Source: an uncultured Alphaproteobacteria bacterium
GTDB lineage: Bacteria > Pseudomonadota > Alphaproteobacteria > HIMB59
Reading direction: 5' to 3'
Length of the DNA stretch: 64,000 nucleotides
Assembly: GCA_902617515.1 (NCBI GenBank)
Contig: CACMWX010000002.1
Span: forward strand, 15,478 to 79,477
Shown: in pieces, positions 18,864 to 27,357 of the stretch
Numbering within the stretch: position 1 is the stretch's first letter
Layout: every line of letters starts with the position of its first letter
Program-made: the position numbers and the translations under genes
Notes under the pieces: model-generated
The model's database searches: none
What the model was told of the DNA's origin: nothing
What the model saw: the letters and a program-made list of their open reading frames with translations, nothing else

Positions 18864-19805
18864 ATGTGTGGAATAGCTGGAGTTATAAATAAAAAGAAGA
18901 CAGTCAACGTCGGTGAACAAATGGGCCTTATGTTACAAGGTCTTAAACATAGGGGACCTGACTCAACAGGATATGCTATGTACGGAACACCTTTAAAAAA
19001 AGGCTTTGTAATGAGATTTAAAATATCTGAAAACGAGGCTGAAAAGGTAAATGCAACTGTCGACTCACCTGCTGATTTAAAAAATAGAAAAAATGCTGTC
19101 GACTCTATTTTAAAAAAACATGGTGCTAAAGTAACAAAAGAAAGCTCCAGCACCCCATACGCTTTCAGATATATATTTGATTTTAAAGGTGACCTCACAG
19201 ATTTGGCTACTGAGATAGAAACAGTCGAAAAAACTGAAATTTTATCAATTGGTAAGGGTCTTGAGCTCATTAAAGACTTAGGCGATGCAAATACTGTATC
19301 CAATCAATATGGCCTTGATAAATTTATGGGTACCCACGGTATTGGCCATACAAGGATGGCTACCGAGTCTGATGTAGATATTAAATCCGCACACCCTTAT
19401 TGGGCTTTCCCTTTTGAGGATGTGTCAGTTGTTCACAATGGTCAATTGACTAATTATTGGGGCAATCGAAGAGTACTTGAAAGAAAAGGTTACAGGTTTA
19501 ATTCAAATTGTGACTCAGAAATAATTGCTGTCTATATAGCTGATAAGATGGCTAACGGCATTGAACTAGAAAAAGCTATGCATGATAGCTTGGATGAGCT
19601 AGATGGAGTTTTTACATATGTTGTAGCAACAAAAGATCAGTTGGGAATGGCCAAAGACCACATGGCCGCTAAGCCAATGGTAATCTACGAAAGTAAAGAC
19701 ATCGTAGCATGTGCATCAGAGGAAGTTGCAATTAGGAATATATTTCCTCACGAAATTAAAACATATGACCCTTATGAAGCGGAGGTAAAAGTATGGCAGG
19801 CATAA
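18864..19805 (+). CDS. Second MgsA/GlxB-like class II glutamine amidotransferase
   Basis: MCGIAG, RGPDSTG, GHTRMATES, HNGQLTN. Confidence 0.82.
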   Translation: MCGIAGVINKKKTVNVGEQMGLMLQGLKHRGPDSTGYAMYGTPLKKGFVMRFKISENEAEKVNATVDSPADLKNRKNAVDSILKKHGAKVTKESSSTPYAFRYIFDFKGDLTDLATEIETVEKTEILSIGKGLELIKDLGDANTVSNQYGLDKFMGTHGIGHTRMATESDVDIKSAHPYWAFPFEDVSVVHNGQLTNYWGNRRVLERKGYRFNSNCDSEIIAVYIADKMANGIELEKAMHDSLDELDGVFTYVVATKDQLGMAKDHMAAKPMVIYESKDIVACASEEVAIRNIFPHEIKTYDPYEAEVKVWQA

Positions 19806-20629
19806 CAAAAAGAACTACTGCTTTTGATGATGAAAATTTATCAGGTAGATCGCAAAAATTATATTTTGAAGTAACAGAAGAAGAAAATTATACCTACTAC
19901 GGTAATCACGAAGTTGATTTTAATAAAAGAACCTCCATTGATTGTGAAGGCATTGATGCTCATGAATTGAATCAAAAAATTAGAGATGCAATTCGAAAGG
20001 GATATGGGTCTATAGTTATTAAAAACCCTGGTGCAAAACATTCACTTGGTGTGGGAATTCTCAATAAGTTAAACTTAATCTTTGAGGGTAGCTTAGGTTA
20101 TTTTGGTATCGGTTGTATCGATGGACCAACAGTGAGAGTTAATGGAAGAGTTGGTTGGTCATGTGCTGAAAATATGATGTCAGGAAAAGTTGTTGTTGAA
20201 AACAATGCAGGATCTTGTTTTGGAGCTGCTCTTAGAGGCGGTGACCTTATAGTTAAAGGCGATGCAGGTGCAAGAACTGGAATTGATATGAAAGGTGGCA
20301 CTATTCTTATTGGCGGAAATGCTGGAGCTTACACTGGATTTATGATGCAAAGAGGAAGAATTATCGTTTGTGGTGATGTAAACGCAAACATGGGTGACTC
20401 AATGTATGATGGTATCATTTTTGTAGGAGGAGAGCCTCATTCGCTTGGAACAGACTGCGTACCTGGTGAAATGAATGAACACGAGGTTAGATGGCTAGAA
20501 CAAAAAATTAAAAATGCTGAGATTGATTGCAAGGTCCCAGCTTCAAAATTTAAGAAATACGTTGCAGGAAGAATGCTCTGGAATTATGACAATCTAGAGC
20601 CAGCAGAAAAGAAAGGAATATTAGGCTAA
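19793..20629 (+). CDS. Second MgsB/GlxC-like GXGXG protein with an N-terminal extension
   Basis: GWSCAENMMSG, RTGIDMKGG, MGDSMYDG; 278 aa against 227 aa for MgsB. Confidence 0.8.
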   Translation: MAGITKRTTAFDDENLSGRSQKLYFEVTEEENYTYYGNHEVDFNKRTSIDCEGIDAHELNQKIRDAIRKGYGSIVIKNPGAKHSLGVGILNKLNLIFEGSLGYFGIGCIDGPTVRVNGRVGWSCAENMMSGKVVVENNAGSCFGAALRGGDLIVKGDAGARTGIDMKGGTILIGGNAGAYTGFMMQRGRIIVCGDVNANMGDSMYDGIIFVGGEPHSLGTDCVPGEMNEHEVRWLEQKIKNAEIDCKVPASKFKKYVAGRMLWNYDNLEPAEKKGILG

Positions 20630-21963
20630 TGGCAAAACGTAATACACAATTATTAGGACAAAACTCAATTTTTACCCCCGAGGTAATGGACGACATTCAT
20701 ATCAAATCACAACTTGGTCGTTATCGTATGCGTGGTATGGCGTTAATGAAAAAAATTCCTCACTGGGATGATTTAGTATTTTTACCAGGCACATTAACAA
20801 GATTTGTTATTGAAGGTTACAGAGAGAAGTGTCTAACAGAAACAATAATAGGTCCTAGAGCAAAAAACCCTATCAAACTTGATATTCCTGTTTACATAAC
20901 AAGTATGAGTTTTGGTGCTCTTTCTTATGAAGCAAAAACTGCTTTAGCTAGAGGTTCATCAATGGCTGGAAGTGCAACTTGCTCTGGAGAAGGGGGTATG
21001 ATACCTGATGAGAGAAGGTACTCTCACAAATGGTATTATCAATGTATTCAATCCAGGTATGGCTTCAACCCACACCATGCTCAATTAGCTGACGCTATTG
21101 AGGTTTTCATTGGCCAAGGTCAAAAAGTTGGGATGGGTGGTCACTTAATGGGCCAGAAAGTTACTGACCAAGTAGCTGAGATGAGATCGTTACCTGCTGG
21201 TATTGATCAAAGATCTCCTGCTAGACACCCAGACTGGATGGGACCTGACGATTTAGCTCTTAAGGTTCAAGAATTAAGAGAATTAACTGACAATCAAGTG
21301 CCAATTCAATTGAAATTAGGCGCATCAAGAGTTTATGACGACGTCAGAATGGCAGCAAAATGTGACCCTGACTCTATATTTTTAGACTCTATGGAAGGTT
21401 CAACAGCAGCTGGTCCACACATCGCAGCAGCTAATACTGGTATTCCTGGTATTGGGGCAATTAGAGAAGCAAGAAGAGCTTTGGACGATGTTGGCAAAAC
21501 TGGTGAAATATCATTGGTATTTGCTGGAGGTATTAGAGATGGAGCTGATATGGCTAAAGCCTTAGCTCTTGGGGCAGATGCTATTGCTATCGGTACAGCT
21601 GGATTAGTAGCACTGAACTGTAACAAAGATATTCCAGAAGCTGATTATGAAAAAGAAATGGGAGTGGAGGCAGGTTACTGCTATCACTGTCATACTGGTA
21701 GATGTCCAGTTGGTGTGGCCACACAGGATCCTGTTCTTAGAAGTAGATTAGACCCAACAGAGGCAGCAGAAAGAGTTTATAATTTGCTTAGCACTATGAC
21801 TCTTGAGTGCCAAATGTTAGCAAGAGCATGTGGTAAGACAAACATTCACTCACTTGAGCCAGAAGATCTAGCTGCATTGACAATGGAGTCATCAGCAATG
21901 GCTAAAGTTCCATTAGCTGGCACAGATTTAACAGTAGGTGTAGATAACTACCACTCAATTTAG
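20629..21963 (+). CDS. Second MgsC/GlxD-like FMN glutamate synthase domain protein that retains an Fe-S cysteine motif
   Basis: MSFGALS, GQGQKVGMGG, RHPDWMGPDDL, CYHCHTGRCPVGVATQDP. Confidence 0.83.
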   Translation: MAKRNTQLLGQNSIFTPEVMDDIHIKSQLGRYRMRGMALMKKIPHWDDLVFLPGTLTRFVIEGYREKCLTETIIGPRAKNPIKLDIPVYITSMSFGALSYEAKTALARGSSMAGSATCSGEGGMIPDERRYSHKWYYQCIQSRYGFNPHHAQLADAIEVFIGQGQKVGMGGHLMGQKVTDQVAEMRSLPAGIDQRSPARHPDWMGPDDLALKVQELRELTDNQVPIQLKLGASRVYDDVRMAAKCDPDSIFLDSMEGSTAAGPHIAAANTGIPGIGAIREARRALDDVGKTGEISLVFAGGIRDGADMAKALALGADAIAIGTAGLVALNCNKDIPEADYEKEMGVEAGYCYHCHTGRCPVGVATQDPVLRSRLDPTEAAERVYNLLSTMTLECQMLARACGKTNIHSLEPEDLAALTMESSAMAKVPLAGTDLTVGVDNYHSI

Positions 21964-21972
21964 GAGAGTATT

Positions 21973-22449
21973 ATGGTTAAAAAGAAAGTTACAAAAAAGA
22001 AATCAACTTCTGCAAAATCAAAAAAACCTACTAAGTCAAAAGGTTATCAAGTTGTCGGCGGAGCTAAATTAAAAGATAAGGAAATTAAAACATCAAGAGA
22101 AAAAATGATTGGCCAGCATATTGGCTATCGTTATGATGTTAACTTAATTCCTGATTACAAGCACTTAACACCATTTCTTAAACAATATATCGAAATTATG
22201 GGTTGGGATGATTTAAATTGGTTAGAGGACATCCATATGGGTTTTGAAGGTGATACCCCTGCTGTGTTTGACAGAAATGCAAACGCTTGGATCACTTTGC
22301 CAAAGAAGATTAAACTTCCAAAAAACCAACAAGATAGAGATATGTTAGCAAGAGAACTTTTAATTAAGTTTCAAATGTCACCTAATCATCCCTTGGTACA
22401 GTTAAAAAGAACATACGCTAAGGGTGAGAACTTTAAGTTAGTTGAGTAA
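21973..22449 (+). CDS. Hypothetical protein with a Lys-rich N-terminus; last gene of the second operon
   Basis: 158-aa ORF with an AGGAG RBS, followed by a terminator. Confidence 0.75.
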   Translation: MVKKKVTKKKSTSAKSKKPTKSKGYQVVGGAKLKDKEIKTSREKMIGQHIGYRYDVNLIPDYKHLTPFLKQYIEIMGWDDLNWLEDIHMGFEGDTPAVFDRNANAWITLPKKIKLPKNQQDRDMLARELLIKFQMSPNHPLVQLKRTYAKGENFKLVE

Positions 22450-22459
22450 AATTTTATAA

Positions 22460-22483
22460 ATAAGGGAGCCTTTGCTCCCTTAT
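22460..22483. terminator. Hairpin terminator between convergent operons, probably bidirectional
   Basis: ATAAGGGAGC-CTTT-GCTCCCTTAT: perfect 10-bp stem with AT-rich flanks. Confidence 0.7.
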
Positions 22484-22496
22484 CCTTTCAAATATT

Positions 22497-23051
22497 TTAA
22501 TCTTTAATTCTTATTAATTTAGATTTTTTCCAATTTGGAATAAACTTTATAACATCTATGTCATTCCCCAAACCAGGATTAAAATTTTTATTATGCCAAA
22601 AAATATTTTCCCAATGTTCCTCATTTTTATCGAGAATAAAAGGAGAACATGACAATCTATAATTTGTAGAAAGGTGAATAAAATCTAAAATACATGAGCC
22701 ATCTTTAACTACTTTTTTTGAGATGCTTGAATCTTTTGGAAAAGTAGCAAATAAAGAGTCTGAAAATTTATCTTTATCCATAAAATATTCAGAAGATAAA
22801 AATTTATTCATTTTATCAAATCGATCAGCTGGATCGTAAGTTCGTTTAAATGTGTGTTCAAACAGTTTTGTCGTGTTTACAGGATCATTTTCTGAAATTA
22901 CAACAATAATTCTTAGAAGTTCATTTCCTTTCTTATCAAGCAATATTGGTGCCATAGATGAGTTTGGTCTACCATTTTGTGTTCTAAATGCCTGAATTCT
23001 AGATTGACATTGCCAATCAAGAAACTTTTCTTGTAAAACTTCAGGTGTCAT
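22497..23051 (-). CDS. Hypothetical protein, probably co-transcribed with gmaS
   Basis: 184-aa ORF starting 7 bp after the gmaS stop; contains FLDWQCQSR. Confidence 0.72.
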   Translation of the reverse strand: MTPEVLQEKFLDWQCQSRIQAFRTQNGRPNSSMAPILLDKKGNELLRIIVVISENDPVNTTKLFEHTFKRTYDPADRFDKMNKFLSSEYFMDKDKFSDSLFATFPKDSSISKKVVKDGSCILDFIHLSTNYRLSCSPFILDKNEEHWENIFWHNKNFNPGLGNDIDVIKFIPNWKKSKLIRIKD

Positions 23052-23058
23052 TAATAAT

Positions 23059-24366
23059 TTAACAATCTAGAGTTGTTTCTCTTTCCCAACTAGAAAGGTG
23101 TTTATTAAAAGTACCCCAATCTTGATTTTTTAATTTTACATAGCTATTGACTAAATCATCACCAAAACCTGCTCTAATGATTTTTGATTTATCAAAATCA
23201 CGTATTGCATCAAGAAGATTTAATGGCAATTTTTTTACTTTCCCAGCCTTGTGACCCTCTGTGTACATATTAATATCTAATCGTTTTCCATGGTCTCTTT
23301 TATTATTTAAACCGTCCAAACCTAAAAGTAAAATACCTGCTTGAAGTAAATAAGGATTTGTAGCTCCATCCATTAATCTTAATTCAAATCTTCCTGCTCC
23401 AGGAACTCTTACCATGTGTGTCCTGTTGTTACCTGCCCAAGTAATCGAGCTTGGCGACCATGTTGCACCTGATGTTGTTACACTACCGTTAATTCTTTTA
23501 TAGGAGTTTACAGTTGGGTTAAAAACAGCAGCCATTTTGTCCGCACTTTCCATTATTCCACCTAAGAAATTGTAACCAGTTTTGGATAAACCTAATTCAT
23601 CTTTTTTATCTAAAAACATATTTTTTTTGCCAGATTTATCCCAAATAGAAATATGACAATGACATCCATTACCTGTTAAATTTGTAAAAGGTTTGGGCAT
23701 GAAAGTTGCCCTTAGTGAATGTTTTTCTGCAATAGATTTCACCATGAATTTAAAAAAAGCATGTCTATCTGCTGTTACTAAACAATCCGAGAAATCCCAG
23801 TTCATTTCAAATTGCCCATTCGCATCTTCATGATCGTTTTGGTAAGGTTTCCATCCTAGTGCAATCATTGAGTCACATATCTCAGTGATAACATCATATC
23901 TTCTCATTAAAGCAGAGGAGTCATAGCATGGTTTTGCTTGCGTATCCCTTTGATCTGATAAAGATGTCCCGTCTTCATTGACCAAAAAAAATTCACATTC
24001 AACACCTGACTTCATATAAAGATTTTTTTTAGCTGCTTTTTCTATTTGTCTTTTTAAGGCTATTCTGGGTGAAGCTTCTACTGGTTTACCATCCATATGC
24101 AAATCAGAGGCAACCCAAGCTATTTCTTTATTCCAAGGAAGCTGGATAACACTATCACCATCAGGCATACCAAACATATCAGAGTCAGCTGGAGACATAT
24201 CAAGCCATGTTGCAAAACCTGCAAACCCAGCTCCTTCAGATTGAATTTCATCTATAGCTGTTGCAGGTACAAGCTTTGATCTAAGCACCCCAAATAAATC
24301 TACAAAGCTTACAAAAAAATATTTGACACCATTTTTTTTAGCAAATTGGTGAAGGTTTGTTGCCAT
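23059..24366 (-). CDS. gmaS: Gamma-glutamylmethylamide synthetase (GlnT-type GS family)
   Basis: KYF.VSFVDLFGVLRSKLVP, GAGFAGFA, PYQNDHEDANGQFEMN, SGATWSP, NNRTHMVR; methylamine gene context. Confidence 0.88.
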   Translation of the reverse strand: MATNLHQFAKKNGVKYFFVSFVDLFGVLRSKLVPATAIDEIQSEGAGFAGFATWLDMSPADSDMFGMPDGDSVIQLPWNKEIAWVASDLHMDGKPVEASPRIALKRQIEKAAKKNLYMKSGVECEFFLVNEDGTSLSDQRDTQAKPCYDSSALMRRYDVITEICDSMIALGWKPYQNDHEDANGQFEMNWDFSDCLVTADRHAFFKFMVKSIAEKHSLRATFMPKPFTNLTGNGCHCHISIWDKSGKKNMFLDKKDELGLSKTGYNFLGGIMESADKMAAVFNPTVNSYKRINGSVTTSGATWSPSSITWAGNNRTHMVRVPGAGRFELRLMDGATNPYLLQAGILLLGLDGLNNKRDHGKRLDINMYTEGHKAGKVKKLPLNLLDAIRDFDKSKIIRAGFGDDLVNSYVKLKNQDWGTFNKHLSSWERETTLDC

Positions 24367-24599
24367 TATATATCTCCTCTATTTGAATATGCAAATAGTG
24401 CATACCATTAAAAAAACAATTGAACTCAATCTTTTTTTAACATTAATTAACTTCTTTTGATTTTATAATTAAGTCAATTAAAAGTAAAATACATAAAAGT
24501 ACAGGAAAGAAGATTCTATAAAGTTGTAAAAAGATTTTTTCTCTGTCCTTTTTTATTTTTATAAAAATAAAAAGTAATAATTTATAAGGAGATCATATA

Positions 24600-25877
24600 A
24601 TGACACTTGAAGAACTTGAATCGTACGTGATGATGCAAGCGAACGTCAGTATGGAAGCTTACTATTGGTGGTGTACTGCGTTAATGATTGCAATTCACGT
24701 AGGTTTCTTGATGTATGAAGTAGGATCGTCTCGTTTTAAAAACGCGGTCTCTTCAGCTACAAAAAACCTTTTAGCGTTCGCGTTTATGATACCAACCTTC
24801 TGGTTATTTGGTTGGTATATTTATTTAGCATTCCCAATGGGATTTACTCCTATTGAGCTAGAGGGTTATGGAACCCCTTGGAACGTATCAATGGGACCAA
24901 TGTTAAGTGACCAAGCCACAGGTGTTTTCTGGGCGGCATTTACATTATTTGCTTGTACCACAGCATCTATTTTTTCAGGATCTGTTCTTGAGAGAATAAG
25001 AATTAGCTCATTTACTTTCTTAGCTGTTGTTTTAGGATCAGTAGCTTGGATCTTAGCCGCTTCATGGGGCTGGCATGCTGATGGATGGTTAGTAACACAA
25101 TTTGGATATCATGATGTTGGAGCAGCTGGTGTTGTTCACATGGTAGCAGGTTGGTTTGCTTTCGGAGTTGTCTTAAACTTAGGTCCTAGAGTTGGTAAAT
25201 ACAATGCTGACGGTTCTGCGAATGAGATTGAGGGTCATGACCTTCGTTTCTCATTTATAGGCCTGTTAATGATTATTGTTGGTTTCTTCGGATTCCTCGG
25301 TGGTTGTTTAATCTGGGGAGGTGCAGAGTTTGGTGGTTGGATAAACATTTACGGTGCTCCAGCAACACTATCTTCTTTCGCATTCAATACCCTAATGGGT
25401 CTTGGCGGTGGAATGATTGGTGCATTTTGGATGAGTAAAGGTAACCCATTCTGGATGATGTCAGGTGGACTTGCAGGTATATTCTCCTGTGCGTCGGGAC
25501 TTGATGTTTGGTATCCAGGATTAGCCTTTGTTCTTGGTTTTGTTGGCGGTGTGATAATTATTCCTGCGAATAATTGGTTACATAGTGTTTTCAAGATCGA
25601 TGATCCAGTAGGAGCTATCTCTGTTCACGGAGTTGCCGGTATATGGGGTGTGATTGCAATGGGATTATTTGCATCAGGCTATCCAGCATCTGGTGATATT
25701 CCTCCAACAAGTTTTGGTGGACAGTTAGTTGGATGTATAGTCATGTTCTTAGTAGGATTTGTACCTGGTTATGGTTTATCATTTATTATGAAAATGATGA
25801 ATTGGTTACGTGTACCAGATGCAGTTCAAAAAGCAGGTATTGATAGCGCTGAGTTAAATCTCAAGGCATATCAGTAA
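24600..25877 (+). CDS. amt: Divergent Amt-family transporter, probably for methylamine or ammonium
   Basis: Multi-TM protein with twin His (GVVHM, DDPVGAISVHG) and LGPR.G; transcribed divergently from gmaS. Confidence 0.85.
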   Translation: MTLEELESYVMMQANVSMEAYYWWCTALMIAIHVGFLMYEVGSSRFKNAVSSATKNLLAFAFMIPTFWLFGWYIYLAFPMGFTPIELEGYGTPWNVSMGPMLSDQATGVFWAAFTLFACTTASIFSGSVLERIRISSFTFLAVVLGSVAWILAASWGWHADGWLVTQFGYHDVGAAGVVHMVAGWFAFGVVLNLGPRVGKYNADGSANEIEGHDLRFSFIGLLMIIVGFFGFLGGCLIWGGAEFGGWINIYGAPATLSSFAFNTLMGLGGGMIGAFWMSKGNPFWMMSGGLAGIFSCASGLDVWYPGLAFVLGFVGGVIIIPANNWLHSVFKIDDPVGAISVHGVAGIWGVIAMGLFASGYPASGDIPPTSFGGQLVGCIVMFLVGFVPGYGLSFIMKMMNWLRVPDAVQKAGIDSAELNLKAYQ

Positions 25878-25897
25878 CATATAAGGAAGGAGAAAAT

Positions 25898-26071
25898 ATG
25901 AATACATTTCCAGGACCTGAAAATAGTTGGGAAGGTGTGGACGCTTATTTCACATATGCCAACAGTGAAGGTGCACTGATATTTTGGACCCTTTTTGTTA
26001 TTGCTCTATGCGTGCTAGTCACTATGGCAACAGCAAGACACGAGTCTGATACTGCAAAAAAAACAAAATAA
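25898..26071 (+). CDS. Small single-TM protein (57 aa) downstream of amt; absent from the ORF track
   Basis: Manual translation: MNTFPGPENSWEGVDAYFTYANSEGALIFWTLFVIALCVLVTMATARHESDTAKKTK*. Strong AAGGAAGGAG RBS; a hairpin follows. Confidence 0.75.
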   Translation: MNTFPGPENSWEGVDAYFTYANSEGALIFWTLFVIALCVLVTMATARHESDTAKKTK

Positions 26072-26083
26072 TGTATAATTTAG

Positions 26084-26105
26084 GGCGGGGAATTTTATCC
26101 CCGCC
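26084..26105 (+). terminator. GC-rich stem-loop after the amt plus small-protein unit (terminator or mRNA stabiliser)
   Basis: GGCGGGGA-ATTTTA-TCCCCGCC with no clean U-tract. Confidence 0.5.
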
Positions 26106-26114
26106 TCATAATAT

Positions 26115-26285
26115 ATGGATTACAACACTTCAAATCTCTTTTTTCAAAATCTCATTCAATCAATAGCTGAAAATAAATTAATAGCAGCAGTTATTTGGAT
26201 TGCATTTATGATTTTTATTTTAAGAAAAATAGCAAAAAAAGATAACGAATTGATTTTAAAAAAGAAATTCTCTAGACATAAATAA
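26115..26285 (+). CDS. Possible small single-TM protein (56 aa); absent from the ORF track
   Basis: Manual translation: MDYNTSNLFFQNLIQSIAENKLIAAVIWIAFMIFILRKIAKKDNELILKKKFSRHK*. It fills the intergenic gap but has no clear RBS. Confidence 0.45.
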   Translation: MDYNTSNLFFQNLIQSIAENKLIAAVIWIAFMIFILRKIAKKDNELILKKKFSRHK

Positions 26286-26294
26286 ACAGAAAAC

Positions 26295-27035
26295 TTGAAT
26301 TTACTAATTATCAGTGGCATGGATAAAAACCATGATAATGAACATGTTAAATCAAATTCCTCTTTTCAATATAGTTTTTTTGAAGAAATTATTAAAAAGC
26401 AAAATCCCCTATCAAATATTTCGGTATATAAACCATACATTGAGGATGTAAATAAATTTAGCTTTGAAGATTACGATGCCTTTTTATGGACCGGAGGTCT
26501 CGGTAATATTTATGATGACAATGATCACAATAAAAATCAGTTGAAGATATTTGATAGAATAGCAACTCTAGAAAGACCAATTTGGGGAAGTTGCTGGGGT
26601 CTTCAAGTGGCTGTAACAGCATTTGGAGGGAAAATATCAAGTTCTATGAGTCCAGAGTTTGGATATTCTGAAAAAATAAAAATTATAAAAAATCATTTTG
26701 TTTATAAAAATAAAAAAAATTTATTTACTGCCCCTGGTCATCATTACGATAGTTTAGAAACTCTTCCCAAGGACTTTGACATAATTTCTGAGAATAATCA
26801 TTCTATTCAATCCATCTGTCATAAAAAACAAAACATATTTTGCACTCAATATCATCCAGAACTACCATACAACTATATCGGTAAATTAATGAGTTACTGG
26901 AAAAGAAATTATTTAAAGATTATGAGTGAAAATGAATTTGAAGCATTATTAAATAAATTACAAAGTTTTGAAAATGAAGATCAATTTAATAGAGAACTTG
27001 AATTACTGAATTGGTTAGAAAATATTAAATTATAA
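26295..27035 (+). CDS. Class I glutamine amidotransferase-like protein, a putative gamma-glutamyl-amide hydrolase
   Basis: WGSCWGLQ nucleophile and QYHPE His-Glu; no synthase domain attached. Confidence 0.78.
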   Translation: MNLLIISGMDKNHDNEHVKSNSSFQYSFFEEIIKKQNPLSNISVYKPYIEDVNKFSFEDYDAFLWTGGLGNIYDDNDHNKNQLKIFDRIATLERPIWGSCWGLQVAVTAFGGKISSSMSPEFGYSEKIKIIKNHFVYKNKKNLFTAPGHHYDSLETLPKDFDIISENNHSIQSICHKKQNIFCTQYHPELPYNYIGKLMSYWKRNYLKIMSENEFEALLNKLQSFENEDQFNRELELLNWLENIKL

Positions 27036-27281
27036 TTATTTTTTAGTAGCGATCATAATTAGTGATAAAAAAATCACTGCTAAAAGACCACAAAAAACTG
27101 CTGCAAAAAAAATAGTGGATATAATGAACATAAATACTTTTATATCTGTAATCTTACTAAAAAAAAGTGGTGTCTGTAAAAACTGATCAACAGTGAGTAT
27201 AAAAGTTAAAACAAAAAATCCCATCATAAAGCCTCTTTTGTAAAATTTAATCCATGATTTTTTAAAGTAATCAATATTCAT
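27036..27281 (-). CDS. Small two-TM hypothetical membrane protein
   Basis: Two hydrophobic segments; probable start at MNIDYFKK. Confidence 0.55.
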   Translation of the reverse strand: MNIDYFKKSWIKFYKRGFMMGFFVLTFILTVDQFLQTPLFFSKITDIKVFMFIISTIFFAAVFCGLLAVIFLSLIMIATKK

Positions 27282-27357
27282 AATTTGAAGTAGTAATTTT
27301 ATATTATGGTCATATAATTTCAATTCGATAAGATTTAAATTTTAGGAGGAGACTAAC

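Noticed and set aside
18836-19303. 155-aa antisense ORF, and similar ones at 18357, 21333, 28839, 53920, 59295 and 61271
   Set aside because: They are shadow frames opposite well-supported genes and show no recognisable motifs.
12165-21963. Calling the glx/mgs genes an assimilatory glutamate synthase, or the two sets a recent duplication
   Set aside because: The split three-subunit form and methylamine context fit Mgs, and the paralogs are strongly diverged with different cofactor motifs.
24388-24407. Possible sigma54 promoter upstream of gmaS (TGGTATGCACTATTTGCA on the minus strand)
   Set aside because: The GG-to-GC spacing is 12 nt rather than the required 10.
24550-24573. Perfect 24-bp A/T-only palindrome upstream of amt
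   Set aside because: It is low complexity in a very AT-rich intergenic region and occurs once, so it cannot be distinguished from chance.
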